A stretch of 64,000 nt of DNA from an uncultured Desulfospira sp. GTDB lineage: Bacteria > Desulfobacterota > Desulfobacteria > Desulfobacterales > Desulfobacteraceae. Of this stretch, positions 48,819 to 58,593 are shown piece after piece; positions within the stretch are counted from its first letter, which is position 1, and every line of letters starts with the position of its first letter. The notes beneath the pieces are model-generated. The model was not told the origin of the DNA. It made no database searches and saw only the letters and a list, made by a program, of their open reading frames with translations. The DNA is taken from assembly GCA_963663165.1 (NCBI GenBank), contig OY760175.1:2912001-2976000 (forward strand), given 5' to 3'. The translations under genes and the position numbers were made by a program.

Positions 48819-49015
48819 AAAAGGAGACCCCTTCTCCTGCATCGTAAGTGTCGTATTCCGCCTCAATTAAACCAAGGGCTCCGGTCAGTTCAATGGTGTC
48901 GGTGAGCTGGTAGGCCACCTCCAGTTTAATTCCCTGGGAATGGCCGCTTTCGGCATTGTCCGTATAATAGGTGACCCCATCGGCCTTAAACACATGGACA
49001 TCCTCAATATCAGGT
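48819..49015 (-). pseudogene. Fragment of another TonB-dependent receptor barrel
   Basis: NAESGHSQGIKLEVAYQLTDTIELTGALGLIEAEY resembles TBDR beta strands; cut at the repeat. Confidence 0.7.
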
Positions 49016-49195
49016 ACTGAAGTGTGGGAATCCATACCCGGTACCAATCCTATGGTTCAAGAAGCCGCAGATCGTGGCATACTTTTAATTCAGGGTGATC
49101 CCTTTTAATTTATTAACGTGCCCTGACGCTGCCCTTTAATGGGCGACCCCGTGCCCCCCCAACCGGTATCAGGCCGGCAGGACTTTTACTTTATA

Positions 49196-49288
49196 TAACG
49201 GCCACGGGCCGCTTTGGTTATCCAACCAAGAGCCGCCCGCAACAAATATTGAAAGTCTTTTCAGGACCTTAGTGAGACTTTCATATAA
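49196..49288 (-). repeat. Family A short form
   Basis: Core plus TGAAAGTCT...AGACTTTCATATAA. Confidence 0.9.
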
Positions 49289-49315
49289 AGGCAATTCTGC
49301 GGACACCAAACAAAA

Positions 49316-49560
49316 TTATCTTTTCTTTCTTGGCCCTTTTGGGCCAATCTTCTTCTTTTTCAGCATCCGGCCAGTATCGGCTTCCAACTGAATAATAAAT
49401 TCATCCTTCCCAGGGGACGCCCGGTTCTCTCATGTTTTTGCATCGCATCCCTTTGGACCTTATCAACCGGGAGATTTACAAATTCGCCCCACGTATCAAC
49501 ATACGCCAATAAAGGCTCTGCCCTTACAAGAGGGCCTTTGGCGAGGTTAATGGCCAAAGA
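49316..49560 (-). pseudogene. C-terminal remnant of a Y1/RAYT-like transposase
   Basis: QKHERTGRPLG, frameshift, then KDEFIIQLEADTGRMLKKKKIGPKGPRKKR*; followed by REP-like GGTGTCCGCAGAATT. Confidence 0.7.
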
Positions 49561-49617
49561 ACAGTTCATTGAAAATCCGGAGTGTCAATGCGATTTTTCA
49601 ATGATAATAATCAAAGA

Positions 49618-50382
49618 TCACTCTATGGAAAAGAGGATGGCCACCATGTTCTTCAGGTACTGCTCATCGGACAGCCCGTCGGTGGCCTCGCCGGGAAAGG
49701 GCTGAATCTCCTTAAAATAAAGGGCCAGCTGCCGGAAAACCTCAACCCTTGCTTCCGGTGCCATGCTGTTTCTTCGAAGGATGGCCCCGAGGGCCACCTG
49801 GGATATCCCTGACGGGACCTTTTGCCTTAGCCGGGCGCAAAGATGGGGAAAGGATTTAAAGGAGTTAAATTTGTCGGGCCGGATCTGGCTTAGCTCGGGC
49901 CGGTCAACCGTTGGGGTCCGGATCACAATGGTGTTGGCGATCATATCCCCGATACGCTGCCCTTTGGCTGACCAGGCCGATGCCATGCCGCCGGCCATAT
50001 AGACCGCCGGCATGATATCAATGGCCCGCAGCAGATTGCGAATCACCACCTGGCCGGGTTGCAGCTCAAGGCCCTGGACATCCATTACCCTGAGGTTGAA
50101 CAACCGCTTTCCCAAAGTTTGCCCGTTCCAGAACCACTCCAAAAGAATCGGGTAAAACAGGGTTAAAAAAAAGTAAAACAACACCCAAAATCCGGTAAAA
50201 AGATCCTGGCTGACAATCTGAAGGACTGAAATCAGCTTGCCGGCAAAGGAAAACAGCGCCATGATGCACAAAAAGTCCACCAGCCAGGCCAGAAACCGGA
50301 CCACAGGGCCTGCCAGGATTAAGGAAAACCCAATCCCCTCGGGGGTGTTGATGGTTAATGTCTTTGTTTGATGACCGGCCAT
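49618..50382 (-). CDS. RDD family protein
   Basis: TPEGI, RFLAWLVD, GQTLGKR, QRIGD. Confidence 0.92.
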   Translation of the reverse strand: MAGHQTKTLTINTPEGIGFSLILAGPVVRFLAWLVDFLCIMALFSFAGKLISVLQIVSQDLFTGFWVLFYFFLTLFYPILLEWFWNGQTLGKRLFNLRVMDVQGLELQPGQVVIRNLLRAIDIMPAVYMAGGMASAWSAKGQRIGDMIANTIVIRTPTVDRPELSQIRPDKFNSFKSFPHLCARLRQKVPSGISQVALGAILRRNSMAPEARVEVFRQLALYFKEIQPFPGEATDGLSDEQYLKNMVAILFSIE

Positions 50383-50396
50383 GGCGTATGGGAACT

Positions 50397-51398
50397 TTAA
50401 GCGGCCTGTCTGCTCTGCAGGCCGCCAAAACCCAAAAAAGCGGTCAATAAACACAGCTGAATCAGGCCAACCCCGATTTTAAGGTTATAGGAAATAAAGG
50501 GCTGGTGGTATTGGGAGAGAAACGCCTCCACAAACCCGGCCCACAGCAGCATCAGGGCCACGCCGCCCATGAGGGTGAACACATCTTTGGATACTTTCCG
50601 CAGCCGGGATGTCAGGGTGATGGGTTTTCCCCAGCCGATTACGGCACTGCCCAGGACAAATCCGGCCTGGCTGGCCAGAATAATGGCCGGCAGTTCAATG
50701 GACCCGTGGGGCAACAGCCAGCCCAGCATGAATTGGGTCTGTCCGGCGACCATGTAATCGGCGATAACCGCGCCGAGATATACCCCGTTGCTGAACAGGA
50801 TCAGGATGGTGCCGATGCCCCAGGTCACCCCAAGGCTGAGGGCCAGAATCGACACCCGGGTATTGTTGGAGATCAGCTGGGAGGCAAAGGATGATTTTTT
50901 GCCGGCCATCTCATCTTTTTTACGGCCTTCTTCTTTGGCCACCCGGGAAGAAGGGTCCTGGCTTAAATGGGAAAATGGCATCAGGGCGTCCTTTGATTCC
51001 GGATCAATGGCCGTCAGGGTGCCGCCAAAGGCGCTGCCAAGGATAAAAATGGCCACGGCCAGGTAAAAGGCGGTGATGTGTTTTCTGAACGTTTGGGGAA
51101 ATTCCCTGAACAGCCACTGAAACACATTAAAGCGCCGGGGGCGGCGGCTGTTCTCATGAATGGCGGCAAAAGACCTTCCCACAAGGGACTCCAGATAACG
51201 CCGTATCTCATGGTCCGGGAAAAAATCCGTGAGCCTGGCCAGATCGGTGCTGGCCCGCTGGTACAGATAGTGGAACCGTTCCACCTGGTGGATATCCAGT
51301 TTAAGCTCCGGGTCATTGTTTAACCGGTTCAGCACGGATTCCAGCTGGGTCCAGGCCACCTGCCCCTCTTTGATAAAGGTATTGAGATCAAGAATCAT
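50397..51398 (-). CDS. SpoIIM/DUF95 family membrane protein
   Basis: YQRASTDLA, SNNTRV, LPHGSIELPAI. Confidence 0.92.
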   Translation of the reverse strand: MILDLNTFIKEGQVAWTQLESVLNRLNNDPELKLDIHQVERFHYLYQRASTDLARLTDFFPDHEIRRYLESLVGRSFAAIHENSRRPRRFNVFQWLFREFPQTFRKHITAFYLAVAIFILGSAFGGTLTAIDPESKDALMPFSHLSQDPSSRVAKEEGRKKDEMAGKKSSFASQLISNNTRVSILALSLGVTWGIGTILILFSNGVYLGAVIADYMVAGQTQFMLGWLLPHGSIELPAIILASQAGFVLGSAVIGWGKPITLTSRLRKVSKDVFTLMGGVALMLLWAGFVEAFLSQYHQPFISYNLKIGVGLIQLCLLTAFLGFGGLQSRQAA

Positions 51399-52750
51399 AT
51401 GGCCTGCCGCTGTTTGATGGTTAAATAATGGGAAATGGCCTGGTGGGTCAGCTCGCCGGACGGATGAAGAAAAAACCCGATGCCCATGCGGTGAAACGAG
51501 CGCTCCAGTTCCCGCAGCCATTTCCAGACCATGTGACCGCCCAGCCGGGTATAAATCTCATCTTCCGCTGCCACGCTGCCCGAAGAAAAGATGGGGGCTG
51601 CGTCAGGAGGCTTGACCATATTGATCACCAGCAGGTGGCGGCGGCTTAAAATATGAACATGGTCCACCAGATCTTTGGCAACGGCCCGGTCATCCAGGCT
51701 GGTCAGGAATATTAAAAGCGAGCGTTTGGTGATCCGGCTGCCGATAAAGGTGATCAGTTCGGTAAAATCCGGGGTGACCAGATGGGGGTGAAGGGTGTAC
51801 AGGATATCCTTGCAGGCCCTGAAATGGGAGGTTCGCCGGCCTGCCGGCATAAACTGCCGCACCTGGTCGCTGAATACCACCAGGCCGAATCTGTCGCCCT
51901 GTTTTTCAGCGGCCATGCCAATACAGAGTCCGGTGTTGATGTACTGTTCCAGCATGGTTTCTCCGGCGTCTTTATCAGACAGGCCTTTGCCGGCGGCCGG
52001 GCCGGAATCCCTGGCGCTTAACCGGGAGGCATCAATGATCACGTAAACATCCTGGGTCTGTTCAATCTGATAGGTTTTGGTCACGGGGACGCCCCGTTTG
52101 GCAGTGGCCTTCCAGTGGATATCCTCGTACAGATCACCGGGCAGGTATTCGCGCAGCCGTTCAAACTCGCGCCCCTTGCCCACCATCTTTTGGACATGGC
52201 TCCCGGTATGTTTTCCCGGCAGCCTGGATGCCAGCACCTTCCATTGGGAAAACAGGTCCGGGTATACCCTGACCTCACAGTGAACGGCCTGTTTTTTCCT
52301 CAGGGCCCAAAGCCCCCATACCGACTCAATTTCAATGTAACATGCCCTGAGAATGTACTGCCCCTGCCGGATGCCGGTAATGGGCCACTCTACTGAGGCC
52401 TTTTGCGCCTCTAATGTTACCGGCCTGGTCTGCCGGGCGTTAAATTGAACATCAGGAAAGGCCAACCCCACTTTAAGCTGATTTAAAGATTTATGGTTAC
52501 AGGCAACGGAAATCAAAAATGAGGCCTGCCGGTTTTTGGACATGCGGACCAATTCCGGAAAATCAACCTCAACCCCGGAAAGGACCGGTTTTGAAATCCA
52601 TATATCCAGGATTCCCATGCCCGCAGCCCCTAACAGGAGGATGCCCGAAAGGACAGTTCCGGAACTATAAAAAAGAAACAGATAAACCGCTAAGGCACAA
52701 AAGGCCAGATAGCAGAGCAGATTTCTTTTGCTGGGGGCAATGGTTATCAT
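51395..52750 (-). CDS. DUF58 (vWA-like) protein
   Basis: GREFERLREYLPGD, IHWKATAK, DASRLS. Confidence 0.93.
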   Translation of the reverse strand: MITIAPSKRNLLCYLAFCALAVYLFLFYSSGTVLSGILLLGAAGMGILDIWISKPVLSGVEVDFPELVRMSKNRQASFLISVACNHKSLNQLKVGLAFPDVQFNARQTRPVTLEAQKASVEWPITGIRQGQYILRACYIEIESVWGLWALRKKQAVHCEVRVYPDLFSQWKVLASRLPGKHTGSHVQKMVGKGREFERLREYLPGDLYEDIHWKATAKRGVPVTKTYQIEQTQDVYVIIDASRLSARDSGPAAGKGLSDKDAGETMLEQYINTGLCIGMAAEKQGDRFGLVVFSDQVRQFMPAGRRTSHFRACKDILYTLHPHLVTPDFTELITFIGSRITKRSLLIFLTSLDDRAVAKDLVDHVHILSRRHLLVINMVKPPDAAPIFSSGSVAAEDEIYTRLGGHMVWKWLRELERSFHRMGIGFFLHPSGELTHQAISHYLTIKQRQAI

Positions 52751-52764
52751 GGCATTTACCTGAT

Positions 52765-53730
52765 TTACCTGGGCACGGCCACATCCGTTAAGATCTGGCT
52801 GATGACCTCCTTTTCAGACAACCCTTCGATTTCATACTCGGGCCTGAGGATGATCCGGTGGGACAGTGCCGGGCCGGCCATTTCCTTGATATCGTCCGGG
52901 GTGACAAAATCCCGTCCGTTAATGGCGGCAACCGCCCGGGAGGAGAGGATCAGGCCCTGGGTGCCCCGGGGGCCTGCCCCGGTGAGAACCGCACTGTGGG
53001 CCCGGGTTTTCCGGACCAGGTCCACGCTGTACTGGATCAGCTCTTCACTGATGAATATATGCTCAAGGGCCTGTTTGAGCTCCGACAGGGAGGCCTCCCC
53101 CAACACCGGCTTTACATCCCCCGAAGCCAGGGTTTTTTCAGGAGAATCACTGCCTAAAATCCGGGTGGCAAGACACAGTTCTTCTTCCCGGGACGGGGTA
53201 TTCATGGTGATCTTGAGCAGAAACCGGTCTTTCTGGGCTTCGGGCAGGGGGTAGGTCCCCTCGAATTCAATAGGGTTCTGGGTGGCAAACACCGTGAAAT
53301 GTTCCGATAAGTCAAAGGTTTCCCGGTCAATGGTGACGTTTTTTTCCTGCATGGCCTGGAGCAGGGCCGACTGGGTTTTGGCCGGTGCCCGGTTGATTTC
53401 ATCGGCCAGAAGAAAGGTGGTAAACACCGGGCCCTTAACCAGTGAAAAACTATTTTCTTTTAAGTTAAACACATTGGTTCCGGTAATGTCGGCAGGCATC
53501 AGGTCCGGCGTGAACTGAATCCTTGAAAATTCACATCCCATGACATGGGCCAGGGTTTTGACCAGCAGGGTCTTTGCCACGCCGGGAACCCCTTCGATAA
53601 GGGCATGCTGGCCGGTAAACAGGACAATCAGGGCCATGTCAATGACATCGTCCTGGCCGATAATCACCTTGGCGACTTCCTGTTTTGTTCTGGCCAGGGT
53701 TTCTCTTAAAACAGCGGCAGGCTCATCCAT
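52765..53730 (-). CDS. MoxR family AAA+ ATPase
   Basis: EGVPGVAKT, RIQFTPDLMPAD, DEINR, ATQNPIE. Confidence 0.96.
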   Translation of the reverse strand: MDEPAAVLRETLARTKQEVAKVIIGQDDVIDMALIVLFTGQHALIEGVPGVAKTLLVKTLAHVMGCEFSRIQFTPDLMPADITGTNVFNLKENSFSLVKGPVFTTFLLADEINRAPAKTQSALLQAMQEKNVTIDRETFDLSEHFTVFATQNPIEFEGTYPLPEAQKDRFLLKITMNTPSREEELCLATRILGSDSPEKTLASGDVKPVLGEASLSELKQALEHIFISEELIQYSVDLVRKTRAHSAVLTGAGPRGTQGLILSSRAVAAINGRDFVTPDDIKEMAGPALSHRIILRPEYEIEGLSEKEVISQILTDVAVPR

Positions 53731-54934
53731 GATCGGTTTTCCTTTCCCATAAAATGCGGCTGATCCGGTTGTATTCATCCACCAGATTGGTTTTGGGGCA
53801 GACAGAATCCGGTGTTAAGCTTCGGTATCTTTTGGCGTAAGTGTCAGCGGATTCATTGTCAAATAAAAAAGCACCTTTCCAGGCGTTGATACACTCGCGG
53901 ATCAAGTCGGGTTTTTCAATGTGAATTTTTAACAGGTTCACCAGGCCTGCCATATGGTCTTTGGCAGAAGCCGACCCTTTCCGGGACTGGGCCATCCGGG
54001 CCTGGACCATCTCATTTTGTTTGTCCGGCGGTATCAGGCTGTAGGCATTTTTCCAGACAAACAGCAGCACGAAAATACCGAGCAGCACCACCGGTACGGC
54101 AAGGTTGTACTTCCGGATCAGGGTTGAAATCCCGGCCCGCCGGGTGACCCCTAAATGGGTCTCATCCAGAATGATCAACTGTTTGCTGCCGCAAAGGTAT
54201 GCCAACACGCTGCTGCCATTGTTTTTGAGCAAAGACTCATTGCTGAACACATATGAATCTGCGGCCAGGACAATGCTGCCGGTCTGATATCTTTTTTCCA
54301 CCACCACCGGCTGCTCCCCGGATACAAGGACGGATTTCCACTCCTCTGAAAAAAGATCGAACCAGAGGGGCGACGGCCATGGAAGGGGCCCTGCCCTTAA
54401 ATGAGCCGGCATCTGTTCGCCTGCTTCAGCCATCCTGCCCGGTCTTGCGGTTTTGTCATATTCCAGGGAAAGCTTAAATTCTTCAAAAAGATCCACACAG
54501 CAGTCCGATGGGGTATCCGGCTCATCGGCTTCTTCTTTGGGCGGCGTTTTTTCCTGTTTGGAAAACGATCTTAAGTTGCCCGGGGTAAAGGCAATGACCA
54601 GGCGGCAGCCCGAATTAACGAGGCCCATGATCTGATCCAACTCTTTTTGGGAGATCATGTGGGTTTTTTCTGAAACCACCCCGAGAACGAATATGCACGA
54701 TTGTTCAGGCAGCCGTTTAAAAGCATCATAGTTTCGCTGAACATTGATGGACGCCATCCGGCTTAAAGCGTCATACAAAGCTTTGGTCCCGAGTGGGTCA
54801 GCACGTAACGATGAATATTGGGGATAAATATCCCCGGATTTAAACCGGAGCCAGAACAAATGGGCCATGGCCAGGCAGAACAGGGCCATCAGGATAAACA
54901 GCAAAAGGGTAAATTTTTTGTTATCCCGCAACAT
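53723..54934 (-). CDS. DUF4350-like membrane-anchored protein
   Basis: TM helix, YSSLRADPLGTKALY, FSNESL, LDETHLG; position in the cluster. Confidence 0.8.
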   Translation of the reverse strand: MLRDNKKFTLLLFILMALFCLAMAHLFWLRFKSGDIYPQYSSLRADPLGTKALYDALSRMASINVQRNYDAFKRLPEQSCIFVLGVVSEKTHMISQKELDQIMGLVNSGCRLVIAFTPGNLRSFSKQEKTPPKEEADEPDTPSDCCVDLFEEFKLSLEYDKTARPGRMAEAGEQMPAHLRAGPLPWPSPLWFDLFSEEWKSVLVSGEQPVVVEKRYQTGSIVLAADSYVFSNESLLKNNGSSVLAYLCGSKQLIILDETHLGVTRRAGISTLIRKYNLAVPVVLLGIFVLLFVWKNAYSLIPPDKQNEMVQARMAQSRKGSASAKDHMAGLVNLLKIHIEKPDLIRECINAWKGAFLFDNESADTYAKRYRSLTPDSVCPKTNLVDEYNRISRILWERKTDHG

Positions 54935-56573
54935 TGGCAATCCTTTGATGGGCAGCAAAAAAATCTTCAAATATGGCCTGGTTTACCTTTCGCATACCGT
55001 ACCAGACCTGGTCAACCGTGTTGACCATATAACCGAAATCACGGACCAGCTGTTCGTTTTCATGGGCTTTTCTGCCAACCTCACGGGTATATTCCCGATT
55101 GGATTTGTGCCCGGCAATCCGGATAAAGTTCTTCCGGGCAAGGCGAGCCAGGGTTCCCAGATACACCGCGCGAAGGGCCAGCCTTAAATCGCCTTTTTCC
55201 ATCAATTCTCTGCCCAGATCCACCCATTGATCAGCCGGCAGCTGGTCTGCCAGCACCCCGTCATCAGAGATATCCGGGGCAGCGTCCATTTGTTGTGATG
55301 GTTTTGCCAGAGGGTCCCGTTTAAAAAGAGATCTTAAAAAAATCAACAGCAACACCAGGGCCAGCCCCAGCAGCCCTGCGGCCAGAAGCTTGGGGTTCAC
55401 AAGACTTCTGGGCTCCGGCGCCTGGGGAGTCCCGGGCGGTTTGGGCATTAATTTTTCCAGCCACTGCCAAAAGGCCTCCACCCAGGAGGCCACCATCCTA
55501 CAGGCCCCGCTGATCTGGGAAAAAATCCATTCCATGCTTTTGTAAAAAAAGCCGGGGGGGTCATCTAAGGTTTCCTTTTTTTCCATGGGCAGGCGCCAGG
55601 CATATTCCCTTTGGGCCATGGTCTGTTCAATGGCGGTTCCAAGCTTTTGGGCATCCACACTTAAGGTGACCGGCGCTTGCTTTTCATGGGGAATTCCGTC
55701 CTGGGCACGGGCATCCGGGCCCACCAGGAAGGGAAGGATACAAATAAACACGGCAAGAATTCTGGACGCTGATTTGATCAGGTTAAACCGGGCAATCAGG
55801 TCCTGGCCGGTTTCCCGGGACCTGTATTCGGCTGTCTCAAGAATACATATAATTTTGATAATGGGGTCAACACACAGATGGGTAATCACCACCACTGAAA
55901 ACAGATAGGTGGTGTTCATAGGATTAAAGCCGCCCATGGTAAAGACCGAATCAAGGCCGAAAAGCATTTTGGCCAGAAAGGGCAGGCTGTATAAGGTAAC
56001 GGCCACATTTACGGCCACAAAAAAACCGAACACCCAAAAAATCAGCAGCACCAGATGATTGATAACCCCATAGGCCTGGGCGGTTTTAACATTTTCTTTG
56101 ATCATTTCATTTAAGGGCACCCGCTCCCGGACCGGCTGGACCAGAACAAACTGATACAGGGTATAGGTAAAGACAAAGGGGATGGTCACCACCAGGGCCA
56201 CCGGCAGGATCACAATGCCCGTGGTCTGGACAATGGTCTGGGCCGTGACCAGCCGGAAAACCGATCCAATGGACCAGGGCGGCATCACCACCCGGCTGAC
56301 AAACGCATATGTTTTTAACGCAAACACGGCCTGCCAGGCCTTCATCCAGACAAACAGCAGGGCCAGGCCAAGGGATGCGGTGATGCAGTGGTCTTTGGCA
56401 TAAGCATTCTGGCTCATGTCGTTCCAGAAGTAGAGCAGCCCCAGCAAAAAGGGCATGGTCCCCAGACAATAGGGGATAAATGATGCCGCAGGCATTTCCC
56501 GGGCAACAAAAAACGCCTCTTCGATGAGGCTGATGGCCCGGGCGGCCCGGTTTTGTTTTATATCTGCTGCCAT
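54921..56573 (-). CDS. Polytopic membrane protein with C-terminal DUF4129-like domain
   Basis: Multiple TMs; ALRAVYL...KSNREY...VWYG. Confidence 0.8.
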   Translation of the reverse strand: MAADIKQNRAARAISLIEEAFFVAREMPAASFIPYCLGTMPFLLGLLYFWNDMSQNAYAKDHCITASLGLALLFVWMKAWQAVFALKTYAFVSRVVMPPWSIGSVFRLVTAQTIVQTTGIVILPVALVVTIPFVFTYTLYQFVLVQPVRERVPLNEMIKENVKTAQAYGVINHLVLLIFWVFGFFVAVNVAVTLYSLPFLAKMLFGLDSVFTMGGFNPMNTTYLFSVVVITHLCVDPIIKIICILETAEYRSRETGQDLIARFNLIKSASRILAVFICILPFLVGPDARAQDGIPHEKQAPVTLSVDAQKLGTAIEQTMAQREYAWRLPMEKKETLDDPPGFFYKSMEWIFSQISGACRMVASWVEAFWQWLEKLMPKPPGTPQAPEPRSLVNPKLLAAGLLGLALVLLLIFLRSLFKRDPLAKPSQQMDAAPDISDDGVLADQLPADQWVDLGRELMEKGDLRLALRAVYLGTLARLARKNFIRIAGHKSNREYTREVGRKAHENEQLVRDFGYMVNTVDQVWYGMRKVNQAIFEDFFAAHQRIANVAG

Positions 56574-56893
56574 AGATCCCTCCAGAGCGATCCTTCATGA
56601 AAGGATGCCGGCAGGGTCAGCAGCACCTGGCCCCCATAATAAAAAAAGAACCATAAAAACAGCACCGCCCCGAAGAACAGGGCGGTTTCCATGATCATAG
56701 AGGTAGAACGGGGGCTTTCTTCCGCCGCCGATATGGCTGAAAGACAGTTGGCGCACAACACCCGGTTTTCATGTTCGGTCACGCATTCCCGGCAAAAATA
56801 CCGGCCGCATTCAAGACAAACCGCCGCGGCCTCCCGGTCAGGGTGGTTAAAGCAGCGCTTTCTCCTTAAATCTGGAAACGTGGCGGCACCCAT
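56558..56893 (-). CDS. B-box-like zinc finger protein with TM helix
   Basis: CFNHPDREAAAVCLECGRYFCREC...CANC. Confidence 0.8.
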   Translation of the reverse strand: MGAATFPDLRRKRCFNHPDREAAAVCLECGRYFCRECVTEHENRVLCANCLSAISAAEESPRSTSMIMETALFFGAVLFLWFFFYYGGQVLLTLPASFHEGSLWRDLWQQI

Positions 56894-56896
56894 GGG

Positions 56897-57892
56897 TTAA
56901 TGCCTTTCGGATTTGCGGACACAGACAGTGCCTGAAATCCCCAGCAAAAGAAAAGAAACAATCAAAAAGATATCCACTCCCAGAATCACGGGATACTGGA
57001 ACGGGTCTGTCCGGGATAAGAGTTTGACCATTTCCCAGGAATTGTAGGAAATGGCCTGGGCATGCCGTATATCCTGAAACATGGCCAGAAACAGTTCCAC
57101 ATAGCCCAGAATCCCCGTCATCACCAGAAGCACAATAGAAAGAACCGTGATGGTTTTCACCCTTGAGGCAAGGGGACTGCCGATCTGCCTGATCACGGCA
57201 ATAATGCTGACGGCAAACCCGGCTAAAAACACCACCCCGGTCAGGATAGTCAACGCCGGCCACCTTAAAAACAGATAGGCCGTTGAAATCATGCCGCTTA
57301 GGATCAACACCCCAAATAAGGCCCTGTGCCAGGCCATGGTGACCGGCTCTTTTCTACCGTGTTTTACGAGGGTGGCGGGTTGTGCGGCCATCAGGTCTGT
57401 TTTGGCGGCCAAAGCCGCCGGCGACAGGCGTCCCTGGGCCGCTTCTATTTTCGGGACAATGAGATCCATGAATTTTTGGGCTGTTTTCATGGTGTTCACG
57501 CAGGAGAGTTTTTCTTTTTGAACCGAGGAATAAATCCAGCACTCACAGCCAGGCCCCTTAAGAAAGGAACGGACCGTAAAAAAAAGCCCGGCCAGGCACA
57601 GGACCCCCAAAATGATATCCATGGGCATTGCCCCGTTTTTCCAGCACACAACGCCAAGGGCACCGGTGATCAACACCAAAAGAAGCCGGAGCCACTTCCC
57701 ATAGGACGGCCCCTTTTGCCTGACCAGGTTTAAGGCCTGGATATCCTTAAAATAAAACCGCCGGTAGGTCTCAGAAATACCCGTGGACTGGACCAGCAGC
57801 AAATGGTCCCGGCCAATCCAGAGCCTGTCGTTTCCGATAAACTTCTTTTTTTTGGCACCAAATTTTTGATAATCCGGGGTTATAGATTCCAT
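56897..57892 (-). CDS. Hypothetical membrane protein
   Basis: N-terminal soluble beta domain (ETYRRFYFKDIQA) plus about 6 TMs. Confidence 0.75.
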   Translation of the reverse strand: MESITPDYQKFGAKKKKFIGNDRLWIGRDHLLLVQSTGISETYRRFYFKDIQALNLVRQKGPSYGKWLRLLLVLITGALGVVCWKNGAMPMDIILGVLCLAGLFFTVRSFLKGPGCECWIYSSVQKEKLSCVNTMKTAQKFMDLIVPKIEAAQGRLSPAALAAKTDLMAAQPATLVKHGRKEPVTMAWHRALFGVLILSGMISTAYLFLRWPALTILTGVVFLAGFAVSIIAVIRQIGSPLASRVKTITVLSIVLLVMTGILGYVELFLAMFQDIRHAQAISYNSWEMVKLLSRTDPFQYPVILGVDIFLIVSFLLLGISGTVCVRKSERH

Positions 57893-57902
57893 AAGCGGTA
57901 TA

Positions 57903-57989
57903 ATTTTAGCTGTTGGCTGTTAGCCTTTAGCTTTTAGCTGTTAGCCTGCGGGTATGCTAAAAAAAACTAACGGCTTACGGCTAATAGCT
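57903..57989. repeat. Inverted heptamer arrays (TTAGCTG / GCTAA)
   Basis: Seen directly between genes of the cluster. Confidence 0.65.
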
Positions 57990-58574
57990 CTATATAAATG
58001 GACCGTGAGCGACTCGCACAATCAGGCCTGCCCAGGCCACCACCTGGGCGCAGGACAGGACCAGGGCCGTAACGGCCCGCCACCGCCTGCCCCTGGGAAC
58101 AACAGATCCCTTGGATTTCCAATGTTTGAATGTAAAATAAATGGCCACCGGGGCGGTGATGCAGGTTGCCCAGGTAAATACCAGGCTGATCAGGGGCAGG
58201 ATACTCACCCTTAAAGCCAGGCTGTCATATAATACCCGGTGGGTCTCCAGCTGAACCAGCTGGTTCTTCTCTTTTTCAGAGGCCATGCAGGGAAAGCAGA
58301 TGTGGGTTCCGTCCATGTCAATATCACATAAGGAACATAAAAACCGGCCGCAGGTTGCACAGGCCACCACCGCCTTTTTGGACGGATGGTAATAACAGCC
58401 GGCATCATCAGCCACCACCAGGGTCTGATCCCTGTCTTTTTGCTTTTCCGGCCTTACAGCGGCAGGAAAAACATCGGTCCGGATCATGGCCCGGCAATGG
58501 GGACAGGGGCTGAACGTCCGGGTGTTGACGGCCCCTGGATCAATGGGAGCGCTGCATTTTTCACACTGTATCAT
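57990..58574 (-). CDS. Zinc-ribbon + B-box-like + TM protein
   Basis: CEKC...CPHC; CYYHP...CATCGRFLCSLC...CFPC; C-terminal TMs. Confidence 0.8.
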   Translation of the reverse strand: MIQCEKCSAPIDPGAVNTRTFSPCPHCRAMIRTDVFPAAVRPEKQKDRDQTLVVADDAGCYYHPSKKAVVACATCGRFLCSLCDIDMDGTHICFPCMASEKEKNQLVQLETHRVLYDSLALRVSILPLISLVFTWATCITAPVAIYFTFKHWKSKGSVVPRGRRWRAVTALVLSCAQVVAWAGLIVRVAHGPFI

Positions 58575-58593
58575 ATATAAAAATTACCAGGGG

